From positions 288,001 through 352,000 of the forward strand of contig CAWFJJ010000028.1 of assembly GCA_963816185.1 (NCBI GenBank): 64,000 nucleotides of DNA. Reading direction: 5' to 3'. Under the pieces are notes generated by a model that searched no databases, was not told the DNA's origin, and worked only from the letters and a program-made list of their open reading frames with translations. The stretch comes from Thermoanaerobaculia bacterium (GTDB lineage Bacteria > Acidobacteriota > Thermoanaerobaculia > UBA5066). A program made the translations under genes and the position numbers. Of this stretch, positions 34,034 to 43,692 are shown piece by piece (the first letter of the stretch is position 1; every line of letters starts with the position of its first letter).

Positions 34034-34775
34034 GGGACGGGGGCGCCGGCGGCGCCTCGGCGACGTTCAGGCCCATGGTGCCGAGGAGCCGACTCTCGTA
34101 GCGTGCGCCGTCGAGCCCCGCCTCACGCATGAGCGCCTGTACGCCTCGCTGGGCCGGATAGCGCTCGAGCGACTCCGGAATGTAGAGGTAGGTCTCGGCA
34201 TCGCCGTGGAAGAGCCAGCCCACGAACGGCATCATCGTCCGGAGAAAGGCCCGATAGACGAGGCCGGCGGCGCGGCTGTCGGGCTTGCCGAAGTCGAGGA
34301 CGACGACGCGCCCCCGGGGCGCGAGCACGCGACGCATCTCCCGCAGGGCCGCGAGCGGGTCGGCGATGTTGCGCAGGCCGTAGCCCACCGTCACGATCTC
34401 GAAGGCTCGGTTCGGGAACGGCAGGCGCAGGGCGTCGCCCTGCACGAACGCGCTCCGGCTCCGCGCGGCGGAACGGCGGCGGGCCGCGACGCCGAGCATG
34501 GGCAGCGTGAAATCGAGGCCCGTGATCCTGGACTCGGGCCCGGCGTTCGCTTCGGCGAGGAACGAGAGGTCGCCCGTTCCGCAGCACAGGTCGAGGACGC
34601 GGACCGGGCCCGAGCGTCCTTCGAGGGCGAGCCGGATCGTGTCCTTCTTCCAACGCCGGTGGAGCCCGAAGCTCATGACGTCGTTGACGACGTCGTAACG
34701 GCCCGCGAGACGCGAGAACATCGCGCGCACCTTCGGCGCCCGCTGGTCGTCGTACGAGAGATACTTGTTCCCCAC
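34029..34775 (-). CDS. ubiE: Ubiquinone/menaquinone biosynthesis C-methyltransferase
   Basis: VRAMF.RLAGRYD..NDVMSFGLHRRWK, VLDLCCGTGD, GDALRLPF, YGLRN, YLYIPES. Confidence 0.88.
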   Translation of the reverse strand: MGNKYLSYDDQRAPKVRAMFSRLAGRYDVVNDVMSFGLHRRWKKDTIRLALEGRSGPVRVLDLCCGTGDLSFLAEANAGPESRITGLDFTLPMLGVAARRRSAARSRSAFVQGDALRLPFPNRAFEIVTVGYGLRNIADPLAALREMRRVLAPRGRVVVLDFGKPDSRAAGLVYRAFLRTMMPFVGWLFHGDAETYLYIPESLERYPAQRGVQALMREAGLDGARYESRLLGTMGLNVAEAPPAPPSL

Positions 34776-34788
34776 GGAGCGATTGTAG

Positions 34789-35439
34789 GTGGAGCGGTTT
34801 CTGTTCGACGGCCCGGCGCGCGCCCTGCGCACGCTCGTTCTCGCGCACGGTGCGGGAGCCCCGATGGATTCTCCCTTCCTGGAGACGATCGCGAAGGGGA
34901 TCTCTTCCGCCGGCTTCCGCGTCGCGCGCTTCGAGTTCCCGTACATGCGCGGTCGCCGCGAGGAGGGCAAGAGACGCCCGCCGGACCGTGGCCCCGTCCT
35001 CTCCGAAAGCTGGCGGGAGGCGATCCGCGATCTCTCGGGGGAGGACGGCCCGGGCGCCCTCGTCATCGGGGGGAAATCGATGGGAGGACGCATCGCGAGC
35101 ATGGTCGCCGACGAAGCGGACGTCGCCGGCCTCGTCTGCCTCGGATACCCTTTCCATCCGCCCGGAAAGCCGGACAAGCTCCGCGTCGCGCACCTCGAAA
35201 ACCTGAGGACTCCCGCGCTGATCGTCCAGGGCGAGCGCGACGCTTTCGGAACGCGCGAGGAGGTCGCCCGCTATCGCCTTTCGAAGAACATCCGGATTCT
35301 CTTCCTGAAGGACGGCGACCACTCGTTCAAGCCGCGGGCGTCCTCGGGCCGCACGGAGGCTCAGAACCTCCAGGAGGCCGTTGCGCACGTCACGGCTTTC
35401 CTCGAGAAGGAGTCGCGCGGGTCTCCCCGATCCGCATGA
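34789..35439 (+). CDS. Alpha/beta hydrolase family protein
   Basis: LAHGAGAPMDS, GGKSMGGR nucleophile elbow, YPFHPPGK, QGERD, GDHSF. Confidence 0.88.
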   Translation: MERFLFDGPARALRTLVLAHGAGAPMDSPFLETIAKGISSAGFRVARFEFPYMRGRREEGKRRPPDRGPVLSESWREAIRDLSGEDGPGALVIGGKSMGGRIASMVADEADVAGLVCLGYPFHPPGKPDKLRVAHLENLRTPALIVQGERDAFGTREEVARYRLSKNIRILFLKDGDHSFKPRASSGRTEAQNLQEAVAHVTAFLEKESRGSPRSA

Positions 35440-36406
35440 TCCACGCGCGTCCGTCCGGAATTCCCGCGCGGCTCGCGGCGGCCCGGAAGCGGCCCGGCGG
35501 CTCGAAGGCCGGCTCGTCTGTCAGGACGACCGTACCCCAGTGCATCGCGACGAGCGTGTGCGCACCGAGATCGCGGCCGACGGAGACGGCCTCCTCGGGG
35601 TTGCAGTGCACCGGCTGCATGATCGACTTGGGCTCGTAGGCGCCGATCGGCACGAGCGCGATGTCGAACGGGCCGATGCGGCGGCCGATCTCGCCGAAGA
35701 CCGGGCCGTAGCCGGTGTCGCCCGCGAAGAAGACCTTGCGCCCCGCGGACTCGATCGACCAGGAGCACCAAAGGGTGGCATTGCGGTCGAACGGCGTGCG
35801 CCCCGAGAAGTGGATGCAGGGAAGACAGGAGAAAGAAACCGGGGAGAAAGAAGAAGATTTTCTTAGAAGGGTGCCCTCTCCCCACGTCAGCTCGCGGACA
35901 TCTGAGTACCGCCGCGACGAAAAGAACGGCCCGAGGCCGGAGGGTACGACGGCCACAGGCGCCCCTCTTCCTTTCAGGGAAATCTCCTCTACGGACCTCG
36001 CATCGAGGTGATCGTAGTGATTGTGGGAGATCACGATCGCGTCGATCGGAGGCAGCTCCCGGAGCGGCAGACCGGGCGGGACGAAACGCTTCGGGCCGAA
36101 GCCCGCCGTGGGGCTCGCGCGGTCGGAAAGGAAAGGATCCGTCAGAACGGTCAGGCCGCCCGTCCGGAGGAGGAACGAAGCGTGTCCGAGCCACGTGAGG
36201 GACTCCGGGCCTGCTGTCCGGAGCATCTCCCTGGCCTCGGGAAGGGGCACGACGTGGCCTGTCGGAACAGGGGGCGGGAGCCGGTCCCGCAACCGGCGCA
36301 GGAAGAACGGCGCGAATTCCACGAGCCCCGCGGTCCGGGGGAGGCTTCCTTCTGGGTTGCGAAACCGCACGCGGGAAGAGGATAGCGGAGGCGAGCGCGG
36401 TACCAT
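35390..36406 (-). CDS. MBL-fold metallohydrolase (NAPE-PLD/RomA-like); alternative GTG start at 36370
   Basis: TWLGHAS, LTDP, SHNHYDHLD, FAGDTGY, PIGAYEP, MHWGT. Confidence 0.88.
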   Translation of the reverse strand: MVPRSPPLSSSRVRFRNPEGSLPRTAGLVEFAPFFLRRLRDRLPPPVPTGHVVPLPEAREMLRTAGPESLTWLGHASFLLRTGGLTVLTDPFLSDRASPTAGFGPKRFVPPGLPLRELPPIDAIVISHNHYDHLDARSVEEISLKGRGAPVAVVPSGLGPFFSSRRYSDVRELTWGEGTLLRKSSSFSPVSFSCLPCIHFSGRTPFDRNATLWCSWSIESAGRKVFFAGDTGYGPVFGEIGRRIGPFDIALVPIGAYEPKSIMQPVHCNPEEAVSVGRDLGAHTLVAMHWGTVVLTDEPAFEPPGRFRAAASRAGIPDGRAWIMRIGETRATPSRGKP

Positions 36407-36418
36407 CCGCGCGTCGTG

Positions 36419-37510
36419 ATGCCGCTTGCCCTCGTCCTCCTCGCCGCACCACGGCCCCCATCCCTCACTCCGGTGTTCGACGAGACCGCCGCCGAGCGAT
36501 TCGCGAATCTCGCGCTCGCGTGCGTGGCCCGCGAATACCCGAACAAGATCGCGCACACGCTGGAAAGCGACCGGGACGCGAGGCCCCCGCGCCTCCTGAC
36601 GCCTGTTTTCTTCGGGTGCTACGACTGGCACTCTTCGGTGCACGCTCACTGGCTTCTCGCGCGCCTCGCGAGCCGGTACCCGACCGCCCGATTCGTTCTG
36701 CGCGCGAGAGTCGCTCTGGGAGCGTCCTTTACGAAGGAGAAGGTGGCGGGGGAGGTCGCATATCTCGAAGGAGTCGGCCGCGCCACGTTCGAAAGGCCTT
36801 ACGGCCTCGCGTGGCTCCTGCAGCTCGCCGCCGAGCTCAGGGCGTGGGACGACCCTGAAGCACGTGCCTGGTCGGCGACGCTCGCGCCGCTCGAAAGAGC
36901 GGCTGCGTCCCGTCTCGCCGACTGGCTGCCCAAGCTCGCCTACCCGATCCGCGAGGGCGAGCACGGACAAACCGCGTTCGCCTTCGGGCTCGTCCTCGAT
37001 TGGGCCCGAGCGGCGAAGGACGTGCGGATGGAGAAGCTCGTGTCGGCGAAGACACGCGATCTCTATTCCACGGATCGGGACTGTCCGACGGCGTACGAAC
37101 CGTCCGGGCAGGACTTTCTCTCGCCCTGCCTCGCGGAGGCCGATCTGATGCGCCGGGTGCTCGCGCCGCCCGCGTTCTCTTCGTGGCTTCGGGCGTTCAT
37201 GCCCGGAATCCCCGAAGAAGCTGCGCCCTGGATGAAGGTCGCGACCGTCACGGATCCTTCCGATGGAAAGCTCGCTCATCTCGATGGATTGAATCTCTCC
37301 CGCGCCTGGATGCTGGAGGGCATCGCGGCCTCCCTGCCGCCGAACGACCCGCGGTTGCCCGCCCTCCGCTCCGCCGCAGCGGAGCACCGGTCGTCCGGTC
37401 TCGCGTCCGTAACCGGCGCGCACTACGAAGGCGGCCACTGGCTCGGCACGTTCGCGGTCTACCTCGTCACGGGGGCCGGCCTTCCCAAATCGCCGGGCGC
37501 GGCGCCGTGA
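36419..37510 (+). CDS. DUF2891 family protein
   Basis: EYPNK, FFGCYDWHSSVH, FERPYG.AWLL, EPSGQDFLSP, HLDGLNLSRAW, YEGGHWL. Confidence 0.85.
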   Translation: MPLALVLLAAPRPPSLTPVFDETAAERFANLALACVAREYPNKIAHTLESDRDARPPRLLTPVFFGCYDWHSSVHAHWLLARLASRYPTARFVLRARVALGASFTKEKVAGEVAYLEGVGRATFERPYGLAWLLQLAAELRAWDDPEARAWSATLAPLERAAASRLADWLPKLAYPIREGEHGQTAFAFGLVLDWARAAKDVRMEKLVSAKTRDLYSTDRDCPTAYEPSGQDFLSPCLAEADLMRRVLAPPAFSSWLRAFMPGIPEEAAPWMKVATVTDPSDGKLAHLDGLNLSRAWMLEGIAASLPPNDPRLPALRSAAAEHRSSGLASVTGAHYEGGHWLGTFAVYLVTGAGLPKSPGAAP

Positions 37511-38265
37511 CGGCCACGCGGATCGCCCTTCTCGTGGGCTCGGCGATCACAGCCGGGATCATGAACGCGCTCGCGGGCGGCGGGACGATCCTGACGTTTC
37601 CCGCTCTCCTCCTCGTGGGCGTGCCCGCGATCCAGGCGAACGCGACCTCGACCGTGGCCCTCGTCCCCGGCGCGTTCTCGAGCCTTGCCGGCTATCGGCG
37701 CGAGGTGGGCACTCACCGCCAGTGGCTCACGCGCCTCCTCGTCCCGAGCCTCCTCGGCGGCGCCCTCGGTTCGGTCCTGCTTCTCAGGACGCCGGAGAAG
37801 ATCTTCGCGTCTCTCGCACCGTATCTCGTGCTCTTCGCGACGCTCCTGTTTCTCTTCCAGATCTTCTGGGCACGGCGGGCTCCGGCCGGCGGTGGCGGCG
37901 AGCACACTTCATGGACGTTCGCGTCTCTCGTGCAGTTCTTCGCCGCGATCTATGGCGGTTACTTCGGCGCCGGCGTGGGCATCGTGATGCTCGTGATCCT
38001 GGGCTCCCTCGGTCTGACCGACATCCACGCCATGAACGGCCTGAAGAATTTCTTCGGGATCTGCATCAACGCCGTCGCGTCCGCCTGGTTCATCTTCAAC
38101 GGCGTCGTGATCTGGCCGCTCGCTCTCCTCATGATGACCGGGGCGATCGCGGGGGGATGGGCGGGTGCCGGGTTCGCGCGCCGGATCGGAAAGGACAAGG
38201 CGCGTGTCGCGGTCGTTGTGATCGGTTTCGGCATCACGGTCGTGCTATTTCTCCAGCGCTCGTGA
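37507..38265 (+). CDS. Sulfite exporter TauE/SafE family membrane protein
   Basis: NALAGGG, ANATSTV, YGGYFGAGVG, NGLKN. Confidence 0.88.
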   Translation: MTATRIALLVGSAITAGIMNALAGGGTILTFPALLLVGVPAIQANATSTVALVPGAFSSLAGYRREVGTHRQWLTRLLVPSLLGGALGSVLLLRTPEKIFASLAPYLVLFATLLFLFQIFWARRAPAGGGGEHTSWTFASLVQFFAAIYGGYFGAGVGIVMLVILGSLGLTDIHAMNGLKNFFGICINAVASAWFIFNGVVIWPLALLMMTGAIAGGWAGAGFARRIGKDKARVAVVVIGFGITVVLFLQRS

Positions 38266-38385
38266 GGCAGAGACCCGAAATGCCGGGCGCTTCGCGCCGT
38301 GCTTAGAATTGGAGGAGAAGAAAACCAAAACGCGTGCGCTGCGTATCCGGAGATCAGGTCGATTGGAATAAGGAGGAGAACGAAA

Positions 38386-39057
38386 ATGAAGCGCTTCCGA
38401 ATCTCCGCTCGTACTTTCTCAGCAGCTCTTTCTCTCGTAGGTCTTACGCTTCTCATACCCTCCTTGGCGCTCGGCGACGAGAAGCCCAAGGAAGCCACGA
38501 AGGCGGCGGCGCCCGCCTCGAAGGCCGGCGCGCCGGCACATCTGCCCAGTCCGGAAGAGATGACGAAGGCCTGGATGGCGGCCGGGACGCCCGGCGAGGC
38601 CCACAAGAAGCTCGAGCCGATGGTCGGCTCGTTCACCGTCGCCACGAAGATGTGGATGGATCCGAAGAAGCCCCCGGAGGAGACGACGGGCACGACGGAG
38701 AGCAAATGGGTGCTCGGCGGCCGTTTCGTCGAGGAACGCGTGGAGGGAACGGCGATGGGTCAGCCTTTCAGCGGCATCGGGCTCACGGGCTACGACAACT
38801 ACAAGAAGAAGTACGTCGGGTCGTGGGCGGACAGCATGGGGACGATGATCATGACGTCCACCGGGACGGCGGACGCCTCCGGTAAGAAGTTCACGTTCTG
38901 GTCCACGATCGACGACGTCGTCATGAAGAAGCCCACGAAGGTCAAGGGAGTCCTGACGGTGGTCGACGACGACCACCACACTTACGAGATGTGGGGCACC
39001 GGGCCGAACGGCAAGATGTTCAAATCGCTCGAAATCCAGTACACGCGGAAGAAGTAG
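38386..39057 (+). CDS. Secreted DUF1579 family protein
   Basis: AGGAGG RBS, signal peptide, TPGEAHKKL, LGGRF, GYDNYKKKYVGSW.DSMGT, YTR. Confidence 0.82.
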   Translation: MKRFRISARTFSAALSLVGLTLLIPSLALGDEKPKEATKAAAPASKAGAPAHLPSPEEMTKAWMAAGTPGEAHKKLEPMVGSFTVATKMWMDPKKPPEETTGTTESKWVLGGRFVEERVEGTAMGQPFSGIGLTGYDNYKKKYVGSWADSMGTMIMTSTGTADASGKKFTFWSTIDDVVMKKPTKVKGVLTVVDDDHHTYEMWGTGPNGKMFKSLEIQYTRKK

Positions 39058-39058
39058 C

Positions 39059-40885
39059 TCAGAGCCTCTTCAGCGCCTCCATCGCTTTTTTCAGCGACTG
39101 CCGGCTCCGGAAGAACCCGGCCCACGGGTCGGGCTTCCGGAGCCGCTCGGCGAAGTTGCCGATGTTGAAATCGGCCGCCTTCAGAGACGTCTTCACCTCG
39201 GACCATTCGAGCGGCGTCGAGACGGGAGCGTGCGGGCGGCGTCGCACGGAGTAGGGTGTGACAACCGTCTGCCCGAGCGCGTTTCGGAAGGAGTCGAGGA
39301 AGACGCGGCCCTTCCGCGCCGCGATGCGCATCTCCACGGTCAGCTCCTTCGGGTACGCCGCGCTGAGGCGCGTCCCGAGCTCCTTCGCGAACCACGTGAC
39401 CTCTTTCGTGTCGGGGCCGGGCCTGATCGGCAGGAAGATGTGCAGGCCCTTTCCCCCCGACGTCTTCACGAAGGCCTTGAGGCCGAGCGCGTCCAGAGCC
39501 TGCTTCACTTTCAGCGCCGCGTTCACGGCGTCGACCATCTCGCCCGAGTCCGGGTCGAGATCGAAGCAGACCCAGTCGGGCCGGTCGAGATCGTCGACCC
39601 GGCTGTTCCAGACGTGAACGGCGATGCATCCGAGATTCGCGAGGGCGAGCTGCGTCTCGAGTTTTCCTCCCACGACCGTGTTCGTGACGCCGCGGCCGTG
39701 CTTCACGGGGATCGTCGGCGTGTCCTTCGGCATTCCGGCGGGCTTCTCCTTCTGGTAGAAGCACTCACCTCCCAGCCCGTCCGGACAGCGCTCCAGGGAA
39801 AGCGGGCGCTCGTCGACGAAGGGCTTCAGGCTCGGGAAGATCCCCTGATAGAACGCGACGAGATCCGCCTTCGTGTAGCCCTCCTCGGGCCAGAAGACCT
39901 TGTCGGGGTTCGAGACGGGGACGGGGAAAGAAGGATTTGAGGGAGACGAAGAGGAAGACGAAGACGAAAACGAAGAGGAAGATCTCTTAGAAAGGGTCTT
40001 GGTTTTCGATGCGCGCGATGAGGGCCCGCCGCCTTGTGGTGCGGGAGACCGACCGGGGGATTTCTTAGAAGGGGGCGTTGCTTTCGATGCGCGGGTCGAC
40101 TTTTCGCCGCGCGTCGGCGATGCCTCCGCCGTCTTCACTTTCAAAGAAATCTTCTCTTCGTGCTCTTCGGAGCTCACATTTTCGGCGGCAGTCTTGTTCG
40201 AATGCCAGACCGCGGGGACCTTTTTCCGCGCGCGCTCGAGGTTCTTCGGGTTCGCCAGGAGCTTTTCCACGTCGGCCACGGGGTCGCCGGTCGAAGCTTT
40301 CTCGACGTCGCCGCCCTCGTCGATCGCGATCTCGGTCAGGAGCCGATTCGACACGGCGGAGCGTGGCCGGGTATCCGCGATGTCCTCGCCCGAGGCGAAG
40401 TCGTCGCGGTGCTTGATGAGGAGCCATGTGGGCTTGGACGAACCGCCCCAGCCCTTCGTGCGCACGAGGACCCACGAGCCCTTGAGCTTGTCGCCCTGCA
40501 GGGTGAATTTGAGGTCGCCCTTCTCGAGCGCCGCATCGACGTCGGGTGAGTCAGGGCTCCATGTGCCGTTGTCCCAGATCATCACGGTCCCGCCGCCGTA
40601 TTCGCCCGCCGGGATGATCCCCTCGAAGCTCGCGTATTCGATCGGGTGATCCTCCACGTGAGTGGCGAAGCGTTTCACCGAGGGGTCGAGCGAGGGCCCC
40701 TTCGGGACGGCCCACGACAGAAGGACCCCATTCCATTCGAGGCGGAAGTCGTAGTGCAACGCGGTCGCGCGGTGCTTCTGGATGACGTAGGCGAGCCCCC
40801 CTTTTCGCGTTTTCGGCGCCCTGCCGCCCGCGGGCTCGTTCGTGACGTGGAAGCGGCGCTTTTTCCGATACTCCTCGAGCGGCAT
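39059..40885 (-). CDS. ligD: LigD 3'-phosphoesterase plus LigD primase-polymerase fusion, no ligase domain
   Basis: EYRKKR, IQKH.A..LHYDFRLE, SWAVPKGPS, EDHP.EY, GEYGGG (PE); SNPDKV, RCPDG, FYQK, FDLDP, KTSGGKGLH, PYSVR (Pol); S/K-rich linker between them. Confidence 0.85.
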   Translation of the reverse strand: MPLEEYRKKRRFHVTNEPAGGRAPKTRKGGLAYVIQKHRATALHYDFRLEWNGVLLSWAVPKGPSLDPSVKRFATHVEDHPIEYASFEGIIPAGEYGGGTVMIWDNGTWSPDSPDVDAALEKGDLKFTLQGDKLKGSWVLVRTKGWGGSSKPTWLLIKHRDDFASGEDIADTRPRSAVSNRLLTEIAIDEGGDVEKASTGDPVADVEKLLANPKNLERARKKVPAVWHSNKTAAENVSSEEHEEKISLKVKTAEASPTRGEKSTRASKATPPSKKSPGRSPAPQGGGPSSRASKTKTLSKRSSSSFSSSSSSSSPSNPSFPVPVSNPDKVFWPEEGYTKADLVAFYQGIFPSLKPFVDERPLSLERCPDGLGGECFYQKEKPAGMPKDTPTIPVKHGRGVTNTVVGGKLETQLALANLGCIAVHVWNSRVDDLDRPDWVCFDLDPDSGEMVDAVNAALKVKQALDALGLKAFVKTSGGKGLHIFLPIRPGPDTKEVTWFAKELGTRLSAAYPKELTVEMRIAARKGRVFLDSFRNALGQTVVTPYSVRRRPHAPVSTPLEWSEVKTSLKAADFNIGNFAERLRKPDPWAGFFRSRQSLKKAMEALKRL

Positions 40886-41037
40886 GTCAAGACGATAGTG
40901 GCCGAGGCGAGAGAAGCCAAGCGAGCGCGGGAACGCCTCTCGGTCGAACGAGAAGCGGGTCCGGCGCGTGCTACGATCGATGCGTTTCGAGGTCATCGCG
41001 GAGCTCCGATGCCTCGGCGACGGAAGGCCTCGGGGGA

Positions 41038-43632
41038 GTGTTTTCCAGCGTGTCGAGGGAAGAGGACCAGCAACCGCTCAATCCGGACGTCCGCGAGGCG
41101 CTCTACGAGCTCCAGCGCTACCTGTCCGACACTTTGGCGCCGCTGATGGTCGCCGATTCCGTCAATCTTCTGCTCGACTATCCCGCCGACCTCGCCGCGA
41201 ACGAGATCCAAGCGTGGACGACCGCGCAATTTCGGAGCGCAAAGCCGGCGCCGGTTTCGGATTACCTTTATCACGCCGTGGAAAAGCTGCACGCGATGGG
41301 GCAGTACCAGCTCGTACCGAAGGACTCGCTTCAGCGGTACCTCGATGACCTCAAGCCCCTCGTCCTCGAGCTGTGTCCGGCCGCGGACCGCACCCTTCTT
41401 GCCCAGAACCTGGGCCGCCTCGGCAACACGGAAAGCGTCTTGTCGGCCCCCGTGGAGTTCCTGAGACGACAAGGCGGGCTCGCGGCCGGAGGCGGCCCCA
41501 CGTCGAGCGGTCTGAGGAGCGAGGACGGGCTTCCGGATACCGCGCCGCACTTGCGCGAGCTTTCATTCCTCATCGAGCGCCTCGGCCCGATGCTCGCGGC
41601 GGGCGCAACGTCCGCCCTCGGCGAGCCGAGCGGGCGCCAGGGCCCGGGCGGGCCGGCTGGATCGCGAGGCGCTGCGGCCGCGGCTGGCGCGGCTCTCGTA
41701 GGGGGGGCGGCGGCGGCCGCACTTCCGGGGGCGAGCGCGGAGCGGCGCGACGTCCTTCTGTCGCAGATTCTCTCGGTCGCGGCGATGGCCGCCCGTACCG
41801 ACGCCGAGCTGCACGCCGCTCTCGACAAGCTCCGGATCATCGGAGTCGACGTCCCGACCGCGGAGATCTTTCGTTCGCTTGGTCGCTCGGTTCCGCCGTG
41901 GTCCGTGTCGGCTCCGTCCGCACCCATCGAGCAGGCTCTCATGGCCGCGAAGAGGGCGCCGACTGCGGCGATGCGCCGTGTCGTCACCCTGCCCGAGAAT
42001 CCCGAGGAGATCGGCCGCCGCTTCAACGAGATGATCGCGGCCGCCATCGAGCAGCTCAATCAAGGCTCACTCCCTCGGGCGGCGCGGATGTTCGCCGTCG
42101 CCGAGAAGCTCGTCGCCGAGAGGCGGGTCGATCCCCGGATGACCGAGAGCGCGCGTCTCAGGGGGAAGGAAAGGGTGGACCTCGAGCGCGTCCGCTCGCT
42201 CGGAGAGGATTCCCGGAATCACGAGCCCCTCGCCCGGATCCTGTCGTTCTTCCCCGACCTGACGGCGATGAAGCTCATGGACGATCTTCGGGGCGAGGAG
42301 AAGCGCGAGCGCCGGCGCCTGCTGCTCTCCCTTCTCGAAATCCACGGCGCCGAGGCGCGCGCGACGGCGCTCGACCTCCTGGCCCGTCCCGATGAGGGCG
42401 AAACCGCGTACGACTGGCACTTCAAACGCAATCTCCTCTATCTGCTGAGGCGCATTCCACGCGCAACGGAGGAGCCGGCCAGCGCCGAGCTCGACGTCCT
42501 CATCTCGTTCGCCGACCCCTCGCTGCCGCCTGCTCTCGTGAAGGAGGCGATCGCGGGGCTCGGCACCGCGCGGCACGAGAGGTCCGAGGCGGCGCTCGTC
42601 TCGATCGTCCAGGGGCTCGAGTCCATGCTCGCGAAAAAGGCCGACGCTCCCTTCGACGAAGCCGAGCTGGCGCCGCTTCTCGACCGCGCCGTCTCGGCAC
42701 TCGCCCGCTTCGGAAGCGGGACATCGCGACGGGTCGTCGTGGAGCACGGACTGCGCCGAAAAGGAGGGCTCGGGGACGCCCGGGCGCGCCTCACGGAGCT
42801 CGCGGGTCAGGATCTCTCGGACGACCCAGAGCTCGTAGGCGTTCTTCTGAGAGGGCTGAAGGCCGAGCTGCCGTTCAGGGTCTTCGGGCTCACGCTCAAG
42901 AAGCGTGACGACAAGATCGGCCCGATCATCGACGCCCTTTCCTCCACGCCTCTGCCTCAAGTGAAGAGTGCGTTCGAGGAGATCGTGGAGCGTCACCCCG
43001 GCACCGAGTTCGCGAAGGCCGCTGCGCATGCGCTCGCGGCCTTCGCGGCGCCCAAACCCGACGAGAGCGCGCCGGTCGCGAGCCTCTCGGGCGACCTCGC
43101 GATCTTCGAGCTACCCGCTCTTCTCCAGAGCCTCGCGGCCTCGGAGGTGACGGGAACGCTGACGCTCAAGAACTCGTCCAACGCCGTCATGGGACGACTG
43201 CTCCTCGAATCCGGCCGGATCCGGGCCGCCGAGTGCGGAGCCCTTCGCGGTGACGAGGCGTGTTACCAGTTCTTCGAACGCCCGGGCGGCGCGACGTTCG
43301 CCTTCGTCCGGCAGGCGAACCTTGCGCCCCGGACCGGAGACGAGGCGCCGCCCCGCGAAGTCGTGTCGGTCCTCCTCGAGGGAATGCGCCGGTACGACGA
43401 GCTCCAGCGCTGTTCGGCCCTCGCGCCGGATGACGCGGTCTTCAAGCAGACGAGCTCGAAGCCGTCGGCCGAGCCCGAGGAACCCGACGCCGCCTTTCAG
43501 CAGGCAGTCTTCTCGAAGGCGGTTTCAGGCCTCAATTCGCGCGCCATCGAAGGCGCGGTCGCCGCGGACTCGTTCCGAGTCCGGAGGTTGCTCGCGCGCT
43601 GGGTCGAAGACGGGAGCTTGAGGGCGGCCTGA
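41038..43632 (+). CDS. Large helical (HEAT-like) protein with C-terminal DUF4388 domain
   Basis: Intact 864-aa ORF; LSGDL..FELP.LLQ.L....TGTL.L DUF4388 pattern and LLEGMRRYDE; WHFKRNLLYLL repeat-like helix. Confidence 0.7.
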   Translation: MFSSVSREEDQQPLNPDVREALYELQRYLSDTLAPLMVADSVNLLLDYPADLAANEIQAWTTAQFRSAKPAPVSDYLYHAVEKLHAMGQYQLVPKDSLQRYLDDLKPLVLELCPAADRTLLAQNLGRLGNTESVLSAPVEFLRRQGGLAAGGGPTSSGLRSEDGLPDTAPHLRELSFLIERLGPMLAAGATSALGEPSGRQGPGGPAGSRGAAAAAGAALVGGAAAAALPGASAERRDVLLSQILSVAAMAARTDAELHAALDKLRIIGVDVPTAEIFRSLGRSVPPWSVSAPSAPIEQALMAAKRAPTAAMRRVVTLPENPEEIGRRFNEMIAAAIEQLNQGSLPRAARMFAVAEKLVAERRVDPRMTESARLRGKERVDLERVRSLGEDSRNHEPLARILSFFPDLTAMKLMDDLRGEEKRERRRLLLSLLEIHGAEARATALDLLARPDEGETAYDWHFKRNLLYLLRRIPRATEEPASAELDVLISFADPSLPPALVKEAIAGLGTARHERSEAALVSIVQGLESMLAKKADAPFDEAELAPLLDRAVSALARFGSGTSRRVVVEHGLRRKGGLGDARARLTELAGQDLSDDPELVGVLLRGLKAELPFRVFGLTLKKRDDKIGPIIDALSSTPLPQVKSAFEEIVERHPGTEFAKAAAHALAAFAAPKPDESAPVASLSGDLAIFELPALLQSLAASEVTGTLTLKNSSNAVMGRLLLESGRIRAAECGALRGDEACYQFFERPGGATFAFVRQANLAPRTGDEAPPREVVSVLLEGMRRYDELQRCSALAPDDAVFKQTSSKPSAEPEEPDAAFQQAVFSKAVSGLNSRAIEGAVAADSFRVRRLLARWVEDGSLRAA

Positions 43633-43644
43633 GGGCCGCCCCCG

Positions 43645-43678
43645 GGCTCCCGCGGGGCGCAGAGCGCCCCGCGGAGCC
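43645..43678. terminator. GC hairpin between convergent genes, probable bidirectional terminator
   Basis: ccgcggggcgc-aga-gcgccccgcgg perfect 11-bp stem, extendable by ggct/agcc; no long U tract. Confidence 0.6.
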
Positions 43679-43692
43679 GCACGAGAAAGGGA

